From Actinomycetota bacterium (GTDB lineage: Bacteria > Actinomycetota > Actinomycetes > Mycobacteriales > SCTD01): a DNA stretch of 64,000 nucleotides. This document shows positions 8,170 through 19,537 of the stretch, piece after piece. Every line of letters starts with the position of its first letter. The first letter of the stretch is position 1. The stretch is taken from positions 12,752-76,751 of the forward strand of contig JAHWJP010000001.1 of assembly GCA_019348355.1 (NCBI GenBank), read 5' to 3'. The translations under genes and the position numbers were made by a program. The notes beneath the pieces are model-generated. The model did not search any database. It saw only the letters and a list, made by a program, of their open reading frames with translations, and was not told where the DNA came from.

Positions 8170-8661
8170 TCAGCCGATGGTGCGCCGGGCATCCAACAGC
8201 AGTGCCTCGGCCTGCTCTCGCCGCTCCGCGTCCGCCGGATCGGTGTCGGGGTCGTAGACGACCTGCCAGTCCAGCAGCTCACGGCCAGGACGCCGGCGCC
8301 CCACGATGCGCACTCCCCCCGCCGGTTGCAATCGGTGATGGCGGCTCCAGCCGATGCTCGCCGTGACCTGACTGCGGACGACCTCGGGCAGCCCGCCGTC
8401 GTCGGCGAGCTCGACCTGCTGTTGCGAACCAGTCCCCGCAACGGGCGCGATACCGAAGACGATGAGCTGTGGCCGCTGCCAGCTGACCCGCTCGACGTCC
8501 GGCCAGTCGATTCGGGACCCACCGGGGAGCCGCAAGCCCAGATCGGTGGCGACGACCGCCTCGCCGGTCACCGTCAGCGCCCACGCCAGGCGGCGTTCCC
8601 CCGCCTCGAGCGACACATCACTGACTGCCGCAGGCAGCTTGCGACGACCGAAGCGGGACAT
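8170..8661 (-). CDS. conserved hypothetical protein (163 aa)
   Basis: Start taken at ATG 8661 (MSRFGRRKLPAAV...). Coding-like bias; no family recognised. Confidence 0.55.
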   Translation of the reverse strand: MSRFGRRKLPAAVSDVSLEAGERRLAWALTVTGEAVVATDLGLRLPGGSRIDWPDVERVSWQRPQLIVFGIAPVAGTGSQQQVELADDGGLPEVVRSQVTASIGWSRHHRLQPAGGVRIVGRRRPGRELLDWQVVYDPDTDPADAERREQAEALLLDARRTIG

Positions 8662-8772
8662 GGCCTCGAGCCTAGGTGGGCAGCCCGAAGTCGGCTTCGG
8701 CGAGATCGACCGCGCCCAGCCGCGGCGGACGCTCCCCACCCGGGCCGGGTGCCCATCGGCGGGGAGCAGTGT

Positions 8773-9996
8773 CTAGTCGAGATAGTCGCGCAGCCTCGCC
8801 GCCCGGCTCGGGTGGCGCAGCTTGAGCAGCGTCTTGCTCTCGATCTGGCGGACCCGCTCGCGGGTGACGCCGAACTTCTGGCCGACCTCCTCGAGGGTGC
8901 ACGGCCGGCCGTCGACCAGCCCGAACCGCAGCTCGATGACCTGCCGCTCGCGCTCCGACAGGTCATGCAGCACCGCAGCAAGCTGCTCCTGCAGGAGCAG
9001 GAAGGAGGCCGCATCCCCCGGCCGCACCGCATCGACGTCCTCGATGAAGTCTCCGAGGTGGGAGTCCTCCGCCTCGCCGATCGGGGTGTCCAGCGACACC
9101 GGCTCCTGCGCCAGCTTCTGGATCTGAAGGACCCGGTACGGGGGCAGGTCGAGTTCGCGGCCCAGCTCCTCCGCAGTCGGCTCCCGGCCCAGATTCTGCA
9201 AGAGCTGTCGTTGCAGGCGGACCAGCTTGTTGATGGTCTCCACCATGTGGACCGGAATGCGGATGGTGCGCGCCTGGTCCGCGATGGCCCGGGTGATGGC
9301 CTGCCGGATCCACCACGTCGCGTACGTGGAGAACTTGAATCCCTTTGTGTAGTCGAATTTCTCGACCGCTCGGATCAATCCGAGGTTGCCCTCCTGGATG
9401 AGGTCGAGAAACAGCATGCCCCGTCCGACATAGCGCTTGGCGATGCTGACGACCAGGCGCAGGTTGGCCTCGACGAGATGTCGCTTGGCCACCACCCCGA
9501 GGGCCCGCAGCGCCTCGAGGTCACGACGGGTCGCGCCTGACAGCCCCGGTTCGGCGAGCCGCTCGGCAGCGAACAGGCCAGCCTCGATCGCCTTGGACAG
9601 CTCGACCTCGTCCGCCGCCGTCAGCAGCGCGACCTTGCCGATCTGCCTGAGATACAGCCGTACGGGGTCGCTCGACGCTGCGGCCCGGTCCGCACTGTCC
9701 AGCATGCCTCGCTGGTCGGCTCCATGCTTCGAGTCGGGCGGCTCCCGATCGGCCGGCTCGGCATCCTCCACCGGCTCGACCACCTCGATACCGGCGGACT
9801 TCAGGGCGAGCAGCACCCCGTCCAGCGCCTCGGGCGGCAGGTCACCGGCGAACAGGGCCGCAGTGACCTCGTCGGGCGACACGGCGCCGGACTGCCGGCC
9901 CCGCTCGACCAGCTCCTGGACCTGCTTCGATCCGACGGCGAGCGTCACCTCGGCCGACAGCGGCAGCGGTGGCGGGGTGGACGCTGGTGCGGTCAC
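8773..9996 (-). CDS. RNA polymerase sigma-70 factor, RpoD/HrdB-like (group 1/2)
   Basis: Regions 1.2-4.2 recognisable ([87 protein letters not shown]). A region-1.1-like N-terminus is present. GTG 9996 overlaps the dnaG stop (GTGA). The longer track ORF overlaps dnaG and was rejected. Confidence 0.9.
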   Translation of the reverse strand: MTAPASTPPPLPLSAEVTLAVGSKQVQELVERGRQSGAVSPDEVTAALFAGDLPPEALDGVLLALKSAGIEVVEPVEDAEPADREPPDSKHGADQRGMLDSADRAAASSDPVRLYLRQIGKVALLTAADEVELSKAIEAGLFAAERLAEPGLSGATRRDLEALRALGVVAKRHLVEANLRLVVSIAKRYVGRGMLFLDLIQEGNLGLIRAVEKFDYTKGFKFSTYATWWIRQAITRAIADQARTIRIPVHMVETINKLVRLQRQLLQNLGREPTAEELGRELDLPPYRVLQIQKLAQEPVSLDTPIGEAEDSHLGDFIEDVDAVRPGDAASFLLLQEQLAAVLHDLSERERQVIELRFGLVDGRPCTLEEVGQKFGVTRERVRQIESKTLLKLRHPSRAARLRDYLD

Positions 9997-11837
9997 AACG
10001 TCCCGATACCACGCTCGCGCAGAGCGCGCACCGTCTGCTCGAGGCTCACCAGCTCGGCGAAGAGCCTGGCATAACGCTCGGGTTCCTCCGCCGGATTGAC
10101 GCGTTGCAGGGCGGCTTTGGCCTGGGCGGTGGCCCGGGTGGCGGCCAGCTCCTGCACCCGCGCCACGACCGCGCCGGCATAGCGGTCGTCCGGCTCGAGA
10201 TCGGACAGGGGGGCCTCCACGGCGAGCCGGGTGATCAGCGACCGGACCTCGTCGTTCGGAGCCGCCTCGAGCAGCGTGGCCACCCAGGCCTCGCCGCCGC
10301 TGGCGCCGGCGGTGCCACCCGCCTTGGCGACGACCTGGTGCACCTCGCGCAGCTCCAGCGCGGTGAAGCACTCGTCGGCAATGGCGTCGTACTGCGGGGC
10401 CACCAGCACCGGCAGCTGCACCGCGAGCTTGAGCAGCTCCCGCTCCACCGTGACCGCCGCGGCGTCGGCCCGCATCGCCGGCGGAGTCCGGCGCTGAGTC
10501 GAGGCTCGACCGCCGCCGGCCAGCTCGGCGACGCGGGACGCCACCGGCTCCACCTCCATGCCGAGCCAGCCCGCGAGCCGCCGGGCGTACTCAGGGCGCA
10601 GCGCCCGATCCTTGATCTGGGCCACCAGTGGCGCCGCCTTCTGCATCGCGCCGACGCGCCCCTCGGCCGTCTCGAGGTCGTAGCCGGACAGCACCGAACG
10701 CACGGCGAACTCCACCAGCGGCACCCGACCGGCGACCATGTCGCGGACCGCCACGTCGCCACGGGCCAGCCGCAGCTCACACGGGTCCATGCCCTCGGGG
10801 GAGACCGCGATGAAGGTCTGCGTGACGAAGCGCTGCTCCTCGCCGAACGCCTTGAGCGCCGCCTTCTGCCCGGCCGCGTCACCGTCGAAGGTGAACACCA
10901 CCTCGCCGCGCATCTCGTCCTGGTCCATCAGCAGCCGCCGGATCAGCCCGATGTGGTCGGAGCCGAACGCCGTCCCGCAGGTGGCGACCGCCGTCGGGAC
11001 GCCGGCCAGGTGGCAGGCCATGACGTCGGTGTAGCCCTCCACCACGACGGCCTGCCGGCGCTTGGCGATCTCCTTCTTGGCGACGTCCAGCCCGTACAGC
11101 ACCGAGCTCTTCTTGTAGATCGGCGTCTCGGCAGTGTTGAGGTACTTGGGGCCGTTGTCGTCCTCGGACAGCTTGCGGGCGCCGAAGCCGACGACGTCGC
11201 CGGCCAGGTCGCGGATCGGCCACAGCAGCCGCCCGCGGAAGCGGTCGACCGGCCCGCGCCGGCCCTCCGAGGCGAGCCCGCCGAGCAGCATCTCCTCCTG
11301 GCTGTAGCCGCTGCCGCGCAGGTGCTTGACCAGCGAGTCCCAGCCCGCAGGGGCATAACCCACGCCGTACGCCGCGGCCGCGTCCTGGTCGAAGCCGCGC
11401 TGCGCGAGGAACTGTCGCGCGGGGACCGCCTCCGGCGTGGCGAGCTGTTCGGCGTAGTAGTCGGCCGCCACCCGGTGGGCGGCGACCAGCCGGGTGCGCT
11501 GCGAGCTCTGCCGGCCGGCCGCGGCCGAGCCCTGCTCGTAGCGCAGCTGGACGCCGTAGCGCCCGGCGAGGCGCTCGACGGTCTCGACGAACGACAGGTG
11601 CTCGGTGTTGCGTACGAAGCTGATGACGTCGCCGGACTCACCGCAGCCGAAGCACATGTAGTAGCCGAGCGCCGGGTTGACGTTGAACGACGGCGACTTC
11701 TCGTCGTGGAACGGGCACAGTCCCTTGAGCCGGCCGCCCCCGGCCGGGCGGAGCTGGACCGCCTCGCCGATGACGTCGGCGATCGCCGCCCGCTCGCGGA
11801 CGAGCACGACGTCCTCGTCCCGGATGCGCCCAGCCAC
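9993..11837 (-). CDS. dnaG: DNA primase
   Basis: Zinc-finger N-terminus ([24 protein letters not shown]). TOPRIM region ([11 protein letters not shown]). GTG start with GGAGA upstream. Length 614 aa. Confidence 0.95.
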   Translation of the reverse strand: MAGRIRDEDVVLVRERAAIADVIGEAVQLRPAGGGRLKGLCPFHDEKSPSFNVNPALGYYMCFGCGESGDVISFVRNTEHLSFVETVERLAGRYGVQLRYEQGSAAAGRQSSQRTRLVAAHRVAADYYAEQLATPEAVPARQFLAQRGFDQDAAAAYGVGYAPAGWDSLVKHLRGSGYSQEEMLLGGLASEGRRGPVDRFRGRLLWPIRDLAGDVVGFGARKLSEDDNGPKYLNTAETPIYKKSSVLYGLDVAKKEIAKRRQAVVVEGYTDVMACHLAGVPTAVATCGTAFGSDHIGLIRRLLMDQDEMRGEVVFTFDGDAAGQKAALKAFGEEQRFVTQTFIAVSPEGMDPCELRLARGDVAVRDMVAGRVPLVEFAVRSVLSGYDLETAEGRVGAMQKAAPLVAQIKDRALRPEYARRLAGWLGMEVEPVASRVAELAGGGRASTQRRTPPAMRADAAAVTVERELLKLAVQLPVLVAPQYDAIADECFTALELREVHQVVAKAGGTAGASGGEAWVATLLEAAPNDEVRSLITRLAVEAPLSDLEPDDRYAGAVVARVQELAATRATAQAKAALQRVNPAEEPERYARLFAELVSLEQTVRALRERGIGTL

Positions 11838-11937
11838 GCTGTCTCCGATCCTGCATGACGCGATGAGCCCCGCTGGGGGAAGTGGGCCCGTGCTGCCGCA
11901 GTCTAGGGCGCCGGGGTCGGTTGTGGTTCGGCGTCGT

Positions 11938-13146
11938 TCACGCCTGTCGCAGGCCGGCGTGGAGGGAGGCCGCCGCCGCGTCGGTCAGCGAGGCGACCTG
12001 GTCGAGAACGACCCGCAGTCGGGCCCGGTCGTTCGCAGCCTCGCGCCAGGCCTCGGCATGGGCGGGCTCGAGCGCTGGCGCGCCGCGGTCGACGAGCAGG
12101 CCCACCAGCTCGGACACGACCTGCCGCTCGCGCTCCTGGGCAGCGATCACCCCGGGCCGGGCCATGACGTAGCGGGCCGCCACCGCCTTGAGCAGCGCGC
12201 ACTCGGCCCGGGTCCGGCGCGGTACGACCAGTTCGGCGTCGTAGCGGCGCAGCGGCTCGGTGCCGTAGACCTCCTGCGTGGCGAGCTGCGCGGTCGAGCA
12301 GAAACGGCCGATCAGCGTGCTGGTGGCCGCCTTGAGCATGGCCTGCGCGGAGGCGGTCCCGGTGTAGGCCGTCGGCCAGCACGCCAGCTCACGCAGCCCG
12401 GCAAGGACCTCGCGCAGGTCGGCCAAGCACTCCTCGCTGTAGAACGTCGCTGCCAGCTCGCACAGCGCCGCCTGCTCGTCGGGGTCCGCGAGGTCGCTCG
12501 GGTGCACGAGCCCGGCGATGATGCCGTCCTCCAGGTCGTGCACGGAGTAGGCGACGTCGTCGGCCCAGTCCATGACCTGCGACTCCAGGCAGCGCCGCTC
12601 GGTCGGCGCCCCGTCGCGCAGCCAGGTGAACACCTCCAGGTCGTCGTCGTAGACGCCGAACTTCGAGGTCGCTTCCCGCCTTCCCCACGGGTACTTCGTC
12701 GCGGCGTCGAGCGCCGCCCGGGTGAGGTTCAGCCCGGCGCCGACGACCTTCACCTCGAGCCGGGTCAGCACCCGCAGCGACTGGGCGTTCCCCTCGAATC
12801 CCCCACACTCCTGGGCGATCTCGTCGAGAGCAGCCTCGCCGTTGTGACCGTACGGCGGGTGGCCGAGGTCGTGCGCGAGGCAGGCCGCGTCGACCAGGTC
12901 GGCGTCGCACCCCAGGGACGCGCCGAGCTCGCGACCCACCTGCGCGCACTCCAGCGAGTGGGTCAGGCGGGTCCGCGGCACGGCGATGCCCGGCCCCCCG
13001 GGCTCGACCACCTGCGTCTTGCCGGCGAGTCGCCGCAACGCCCCGGAGTGCAGCACCCTGGCCCGGTCGCGCTGGAACGCCGTCCGGCCCTCTCGCTTGC
13101 CGTGCTCGGGGACCAGCCTGGCGCGCGCGTGGTCGTCATAGGTCAT
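11938..13146 (-). CDS. dgt: dGTP triphosphohydrolase-like HD-domain protein
   Basis: HD-domain motifs ([23 protein letters not shown]). Conserved position upstream of dnaG. Length 402 aa. Confidence 0.9.
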   Translation of the reverse strand: MTYDDHARARLVPEHGKREGRTAFQRDRARVLHSGALRRLAGKTQVVEPGGPGIAVPRTRLTHSLECAQVGRELGASLGCDADLVDAACLAHDLGHPPYGHNGEAALDEIAQECGGFEGNAQSLRVLTRLEVKVVGAGLNLTRAALDAATKYPWGRREATSKFGVYDDDLEVFTWLRDGAPTERRCLESQVMDWADDVAYSVHDLEDGIIAGLVHPSDLADPDEQAALCELAATFYSEECLADLREVLAGLRELACWPTAYTGTASAQAMLKAATSTLIGRFCSTAQLATQEVYGTEPLRRYDAELVVPRRTRAECALLKAVAARYVMARPGVIAAQERERQVVSELVGLLVDRGAPALEPAHAEAWREAANDRARLRVVLDQVASLTDAAAASLHAGLRQA

Positions 13147-13153
13147 CGCGAGC

Positions 13154-13159
13154 AGCCTA
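13154..13159 (-). promoter_or_regulatory. putative -10 hexamer (TAGGCT) of leaderless dgt-dnaG-sigma operon
   Basis: TANNNT hexamer 7 nt upstream of ATG 13146, with no SD. Confidence 0.4.
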
Positions 13160-13195
13160 CGGCCGGCTCAACCCACGCCTCGACCGGACACATCC

Positions 13196-13275
13196 GCACA
13201 CATCGTGATCACTCCGGCCCCACCCTGAGCGTGAGCCTGGCCTTTGAATCGCGGAAGTGGATCACGTTGTGTGCA
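13196..13275 (-). repeat. 80-bp inverted-repeat element, copy 1
   Basis: The arms GCACACATCGTGATCACTCCG (13196-13216) and CGGAAGTGGATCACGTTGTGTGCA (13252-13275) are mutually complementary. Its reverse complement aligns with 36114-36195. Confidence 0.8.
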
Positions 13276-13334
13276 GATGCGACCACATCGAGGCGGAAGC
13301 GCCGAGGCCGATGCGGGGCGGGGCCCTGCCCGCC

Positions 13335-13340
13335 TACCCT
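13335..13340 (+). promoter_or_regulatory. putative -10 hexamer (TACCCT) of a leaderless transcript
   Basis: TANNNT hexamer 6 nt upstream of ATG 13347, with no SD. Confidence 0.4.
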
Positions 13341-13346
13341 CGGGGC

Positions 13347-14840
13347 ATGACCTCGACCCTGACCGACGCTGCTGTCGACACGTTCGACTCCTTCGACCCG
13401 GCCACCGGAGCGGTGCTGTCGAGCTGGCCGGCGCACTCGGCCGCGCAGGTCGAGGCCGCTGTCGGCCGCGCGAAGGAGGCGGCGCAGTGGTGGGGAGAGC
13501 TCGGCTTCGCCGGCCGCAGGACGCACCTGGCCTCCTGGAAGAGCGAGATCGCCCGTGGGGTGCCGGGGCTCGCGCGGCTGGTCCACGCCGAGAACGGCAA
13601 GCCCTTCCCTGACGCGGTGCTCGAAATCACGCTCGCCGTCGAGCACATCGCCTGGGCCGCGAAAAACGCACGGCGGGTGCTCGGCCCGCGCCGCATCCGT
13701 TCGGGGTTGCTGGCCGCCAATCAGGCCAGCACGCTGGAGTACCCGCCGCTCGGGGTGGTCGGTGTGATCGGTCCCTGGAACTACCCGGTGTTCACCCCGA
13801 TGGGTTCGCTGGCCTACGCGCTCGCGGCCGGCAACGCCGTGGTGTTCAAGCCGAGCGAGCACACCCCCGCGATCGGTGCCTGGCTGGTCGAGGCCTGGCG
13901 GCGCGCCGTCCCGGCCGGCCCCGACGTGCTGCAGCTCGTCACGGGCTTCGGGCCGACCGGCGCCGCGCTCTGCCGGTCCGGGGTCGACAAGATCGCCTTC
14001 ACCGGCTCGTCCGCGACCGGGCGCAAGGTGATGGCGGCCTGCGCCGAAGGTCTCGTGCCGGTGCTGATGGAGTGCGGCGGCAAGGACGCGATGATCGTGG
14101 GTGACGGTGCCGACGTCGCCGCTGCGGCGGACGCCGCACTGTGGGGAGCGATGAGCAACGCAGGGCAGACCTGCATCGGCATCGAGCGGGTCTACGTGAC
14201 CGACTCCTCCTACGACGGTTTCGTCTCGGAGCTGACGACCCGCGCCGCCGCGCTGCGGCCCGGCGACGGGGACGGTGCGTCGTACGGCCCGATCACGATG
14301 CCGAGCCAGGTCGAGGTCATCCGGCGGCACATCGCCGATGCGCTCGCCACGGGCGGTCGGGCACTGACCGGGGGCACGATAGAGGGGCCGTTCGTCACGC
14401 CCACCGTCCTCGTTGATGTGCCGGAGACCAGCAGCGCCGTCACCGACGAGACGTTCGGGCCGACCGTCACGGTGACGCGGGTGCCAGACGTGGAGGAGGC
14501 GCTGCGGCGCACCAACGCCACGTCGTACGGCCTGGCCGGCTCGGTGTTCGCCGCCTCGTCGAAGGCCGGGGTCGAGATCGCGAAGCGCATGCGCTCCGGG
14601 ATGACCAGTGTCAACTCCGTGATCGCGTTCGCGTCGGTTCCCGGGCTGCCGTTCGGCGGTGTCGGCGAGTCGGGCTTCGGTCGGATCCACGGCGACGACG
14701 GCTTGCGCGAGTTCGCCCGCGCCAAAGCGATTACCCGCCAGCGGTTCGCCCTACCGGTGGCGCTCACGTCTTTCGAGCGTCCGGAGAAGGTGACCGGTCA
14801 GCTGGTGCGGGCGGTCCGGCTGCTGTACGGCCGCGGCTGA
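13347..14840 (+). CDS. aldehyde dehydrogenase family protein
   Basis: ALDH motifs (GPWNYP, FTGSSATGRKV, ECGGKDA with catalytic Glu, GQTCIGIERVYV with catalytic Cys). Start set at MTSTLTD (ATG 13347). Confidence 0.9.
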   Translation: MTSTLTDAAVDTFDSFDPATGAVLSSWPAHSAAQVEAAVGRAKEAAQWWGELGFAGRRTHLASWKSEIARGVPGLARLVHAENGKPFPDAVLEITLAVEHIAWAAKNARRVLGPRRIRSGLLAANQASTLEYPPLGVVGVIGPWNYPVFTPMGSLAYALAAGNAVVFKPSEHTPAIGAWLVEAWRRAVPAGPDVLQLVTGFGPTGAALCRSGVDKIAFTGSSATGRKVMAACAEGLVPVLMECGGKDAMIVGDGADVAAAADAALWGAMSNAGQTCIGIERVYVTDSSYDGFVSELTTRAAALRPGDGDGASYGPITMPSQVEVIRRHIADALATGGRALTGGTIEGPFVTPTVLVDVPETSSAVTDETFGPTVTVTRVPDVEEALRRTNATSYGLAGSVFAASSKAGVEIAKRMRSGMTSVNSVIAFASVPGLPFGGVGESGFGRIHGDDGLREFARAKAITRQRFALPVALTSFERPEKVTGQLVRAVRLLYGRG

Positions 14841-14850
14841 GCTGACACGG

Positions 14851-15465
14851 CTAGACCGCTTGCGGCCCCGCGTCGCTGCTGCGGCCGAACACCTTGTAGT
14901 AGAGGATCGCGGCGGTCTCGCGGGCGACGTAGCGGGCCTGGACCTGGCGGGTGCGGACCGACGGCCCGGCCCGGGTGGGCGAGGTCACGGCGTCGATGCC
15001 CACGTCGCCGGCCATGGTGCGCGAGCGCAGGCTGTGCCACGGGTCGGTAACGAGGACGACTGTGTCCCAGCCGCGTCTGTCCAGCAGCACGGCAACAGCC
15101 TGAAGGCTCGTCAGGGTGTCGATGCCCTCTTCGACGGCGATGACCTCGTCCACCCCCCGGTCCCGCAGGTAGTCCGCGCCCGCCTCGGCCTCGGTGGTGC
15201 GGTCGCCCGCCTGGCTGCCCCCGACGGTGACGACGCGTGGCGCGACGCCTTGGTCGAACAGCTTCTTGGCCTGCTCGAGCCGGGCCTCGAGCACCGAGCT
15301 GGGCTTGCCCGAGTACTGCGCTGCGCCGAGCACGAGAATCACGTCGCTGACCGGCCGGGCGTCGCCGCGGGCGACGTACCAGATGCTGGCCGCCGTTCCG
15401 CCGACGACGAGCATGGCCACCAGCACGAGAGCGACCATGGCCCGGCGAATCACGGTGAACAGCAC
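14851..15465 (-). CDS. YdcF/ElyC (DUF218) family protein
   Basis: N-terminal TM helix, then VILVLGAAQYSGKPS...VVTVGG...TTEAEAGADYL...VLVTDPWH. GTG directly follows the ppdK stop (TAGGTG). Confidence 0.8.
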   Translation of the reverse strand: MLFTVIRRAMVALVLVAMLVVGGTAASIWYVARGDARPVSDVILVLGAAQYSGKPSSVLEARLEQAKKLFDQGVAPRVVTVGGSQAGDRTTEAEAGADYLRDRGVDEVIAVEEGIDTLTSLQAVAVLLDRRGWDTVVLVTDPWHSLRSRTMAGDVGIDAVTSPTRAGPSVRTRQVQARYVARETAAILYYKVFGRSSDAGPQAV

Positions 15466-18159
<2,694 letters not shown>

Positions 18160-18195
18160 GGAGCTGCTCCTCGGGTCAGGGAAGATCTACCAACG

Positions 18196-19368
18196 TTACC
18201 GGCGGGGAAACTTACGGTAGCGACGCAGCGCCACGGCGAGCGCCCCTGCGGCGAACGCTCCGACGAGGGCGACCGGCCAGAGTGGCCGCCCGGTGTCCGG
18301 CCCGGCAGGGGTCCGGCCGGCGGCGTCGACGTCGGCGTCGGCGTCGCTGTTCGGCGATGACGGCGGCAACCGCGGTGACTGCGACTGTGACGACTGGGAC
18401 GACTGCGACGACTGCGACGGCAGCGCGATCAGCCGGTGGACCGGCGCGCCCTCGCCCTCACTGCTGAGCAGGACCGCGCGACCGTCCCGGCTGTAGGCGA
18501 GCCCCTCGCCCTGCCGGGTGGCGGGAAGAGGCGTCACTGTCGGCGCGCCGTCAAAGGCCGCAGCGACGTCGTCGCCCGGCACTGCCCACTCGTAGAGGTC
18601 GGTGTAGGTACGCAGCGCGATCCGGCTGCCGTCCGGGGCGATGTCGCCGGCGGTGACGAGCACCTGGGCCAGGTTGCCGATGCCCGGTCCTCCGGTGGTG
18701 CTGGTCGGCTGCAGGTCGACCTGCGCCACCTGTTCGAGCGCGTTCGGCCCGCCGGGGTCCAGCTGCTCCGGCGCGGCGTAGACGTTCGCGGGTCCCGCGA
18801 ACGGCTTGCTGACGACGTACAACCTTCCGGTCCGCGGGTGGATCAGCAGCGCCTCGGCGTCCCTCGGCCCGTCGACGTAACGCAGCCGAAAGCTGGTCGG
18901 CCGCTCGGTGGTGACGCTCGCGTCGTCGCCCGGCACCGGCTCGCGCACCCGGTGCACGAGCAGTCCGTTGTCGCGTGCGGCGTTGTTGTCACCGATGTCG
19001 CCCAGCCACAGGCTGCTACGACCCTTCTCGTCCGGACCGCGCGCCATGTCCTCCCAGTCGCGGGCCTGCACGTCGGGCAGGGTGTAGGTCACCAGCGTCG
19101 CGCCGTCGGGTCCGACCGCGTAGAAGCGGGCCACGTCACCGCTGTCGTTGTGGGTGAACAGCACGTCGCCGTCGGTGGAGCTGCTCGCGAGGCCGCTCGA
19201 CTCGGCGATGCGCGGGTCGGCGAAGCTGAGCGCCACCTGCGGCTCGTCGTACGGCGCCAGCAGGACCGGTGACACCCCGGCCGCCAGCACCAGGGCGACC
19301 AGCGGGGTCGTCAGCACACCGGGCACGCTAGCCCGGCGCCCCGTCACGACTTCCAGCACACCGGGCAC
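18196..19368 (-). CDS. secreted, C-terminally membrane-anchored hypothetical protein (possible beta-propeller)
   Basis: Signal-like N-terminus (PLVALVLAAGVSPVLLA). IAESSGL..NDSGD..GDIGDN repeats, an SQSSQSSQSSQSQS tract and a terminal TM plus RRYRKFPRR. The start is ambiguous (GTG 19368 or GTG 19326) because of a 42-bp duplication. Confidence 0.7.
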   Translation of the reverse strand: MPGVLEVVTGRRASVPGVLTTPLVALVLAAGVSPVLLAPYDEPQVALSFADPRIAESSGLASSSTDGDVLFTHNDSGDVARFYAVGPDGATLVTYTLPDVQARDWEDMARGPDEKGRSSLWLGDIGDNNAARDNGLLVHRVREPVPGDDASVTTERPTSFRLRYVDGPRDAEALLIHPRTGRLYVVSKPFAGPANVYAAPEQLDPGGPNALEQVAQVDLQPTSTTGGPGIGNLAQVLVTAGDIAPDGSRIALRTYTDLYEWAVPGDDVAAAFDGAPTVTPLPATRQGEGLAYSRDGRAVLLSSEGEGAPVHRLIALPSQSSQSSQSSQSQSPRLPPSSPNSDADADVDAAGRTPAGPDTGRPLWPVALVGAFAAGALAVALRRYRKFPRR

Positions 19369-19396
19369 GCCAGCCCCGGCGCCCCTTCACGACTTC
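19312..19396. repeat. 42/43-bp tandem duplication
   Basis: 19312-19353 and 19354-19396 are about 40/43 identical (cagcacaccgggcacgc.agccc.ggcgcccc.tcacgacttc). Each copy carries a GTGCCCGGTGTGCTG potential start on the minus strand. Confidence 0.85.
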
Positions 19397-19452
19397 CACT
19401 GCGGGATGACACTTCGAGCCTGCCTCCCGATGTCGTTTCGCAGGGGAAGTGG
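19392..19452. repeat. about 60-bp palindromic element, copy A
   Basis: ACTTCCACTGCG ... GACACTTC ... CGCAGGGGAAGTGG, with the outer blocks complementary. It is colinear with copy B at 20527-20586. Confidence 0.65.
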
Positions 19453-19467
19453 TGCGGCAGTGCGAGC

Positions 19468-19522
19468 GGGGGGCGGGAAGGAAGGGGGCGGGGCAGGGCA
19501 GGGGGCGGGGCAGGGGCAGGGG
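19468..19522 (+). other. G-run tract (nine runs of 3 or more G in 55 nt), C-rich on the transcribed minus strand
   Basis: GGGGGGCGGGAAGGAAGGGGGCGGGGCAGGGCAGGGGGCGGGGCAGGGGCAGGGG lies directly 3' of the stop codon at 19538-19540. Confidence 0.8.
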
Positions 19523-19537
19523 CGGCGCGTGCGGACG

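Noticed and set aside
9969-11858. 629-aa plus-strand ORF. The same reasoning covers 7492-9540, 6746-8257, 37044-38969, 53967-55643, 56277-58340 and 49451-51661.
   Set aside because: All overlap confidently identified genes on the other strand or in another frame. They encode low-complexity Arg/Pro/Gly-rich sequence, as expected when stop codons are rare at high GC.
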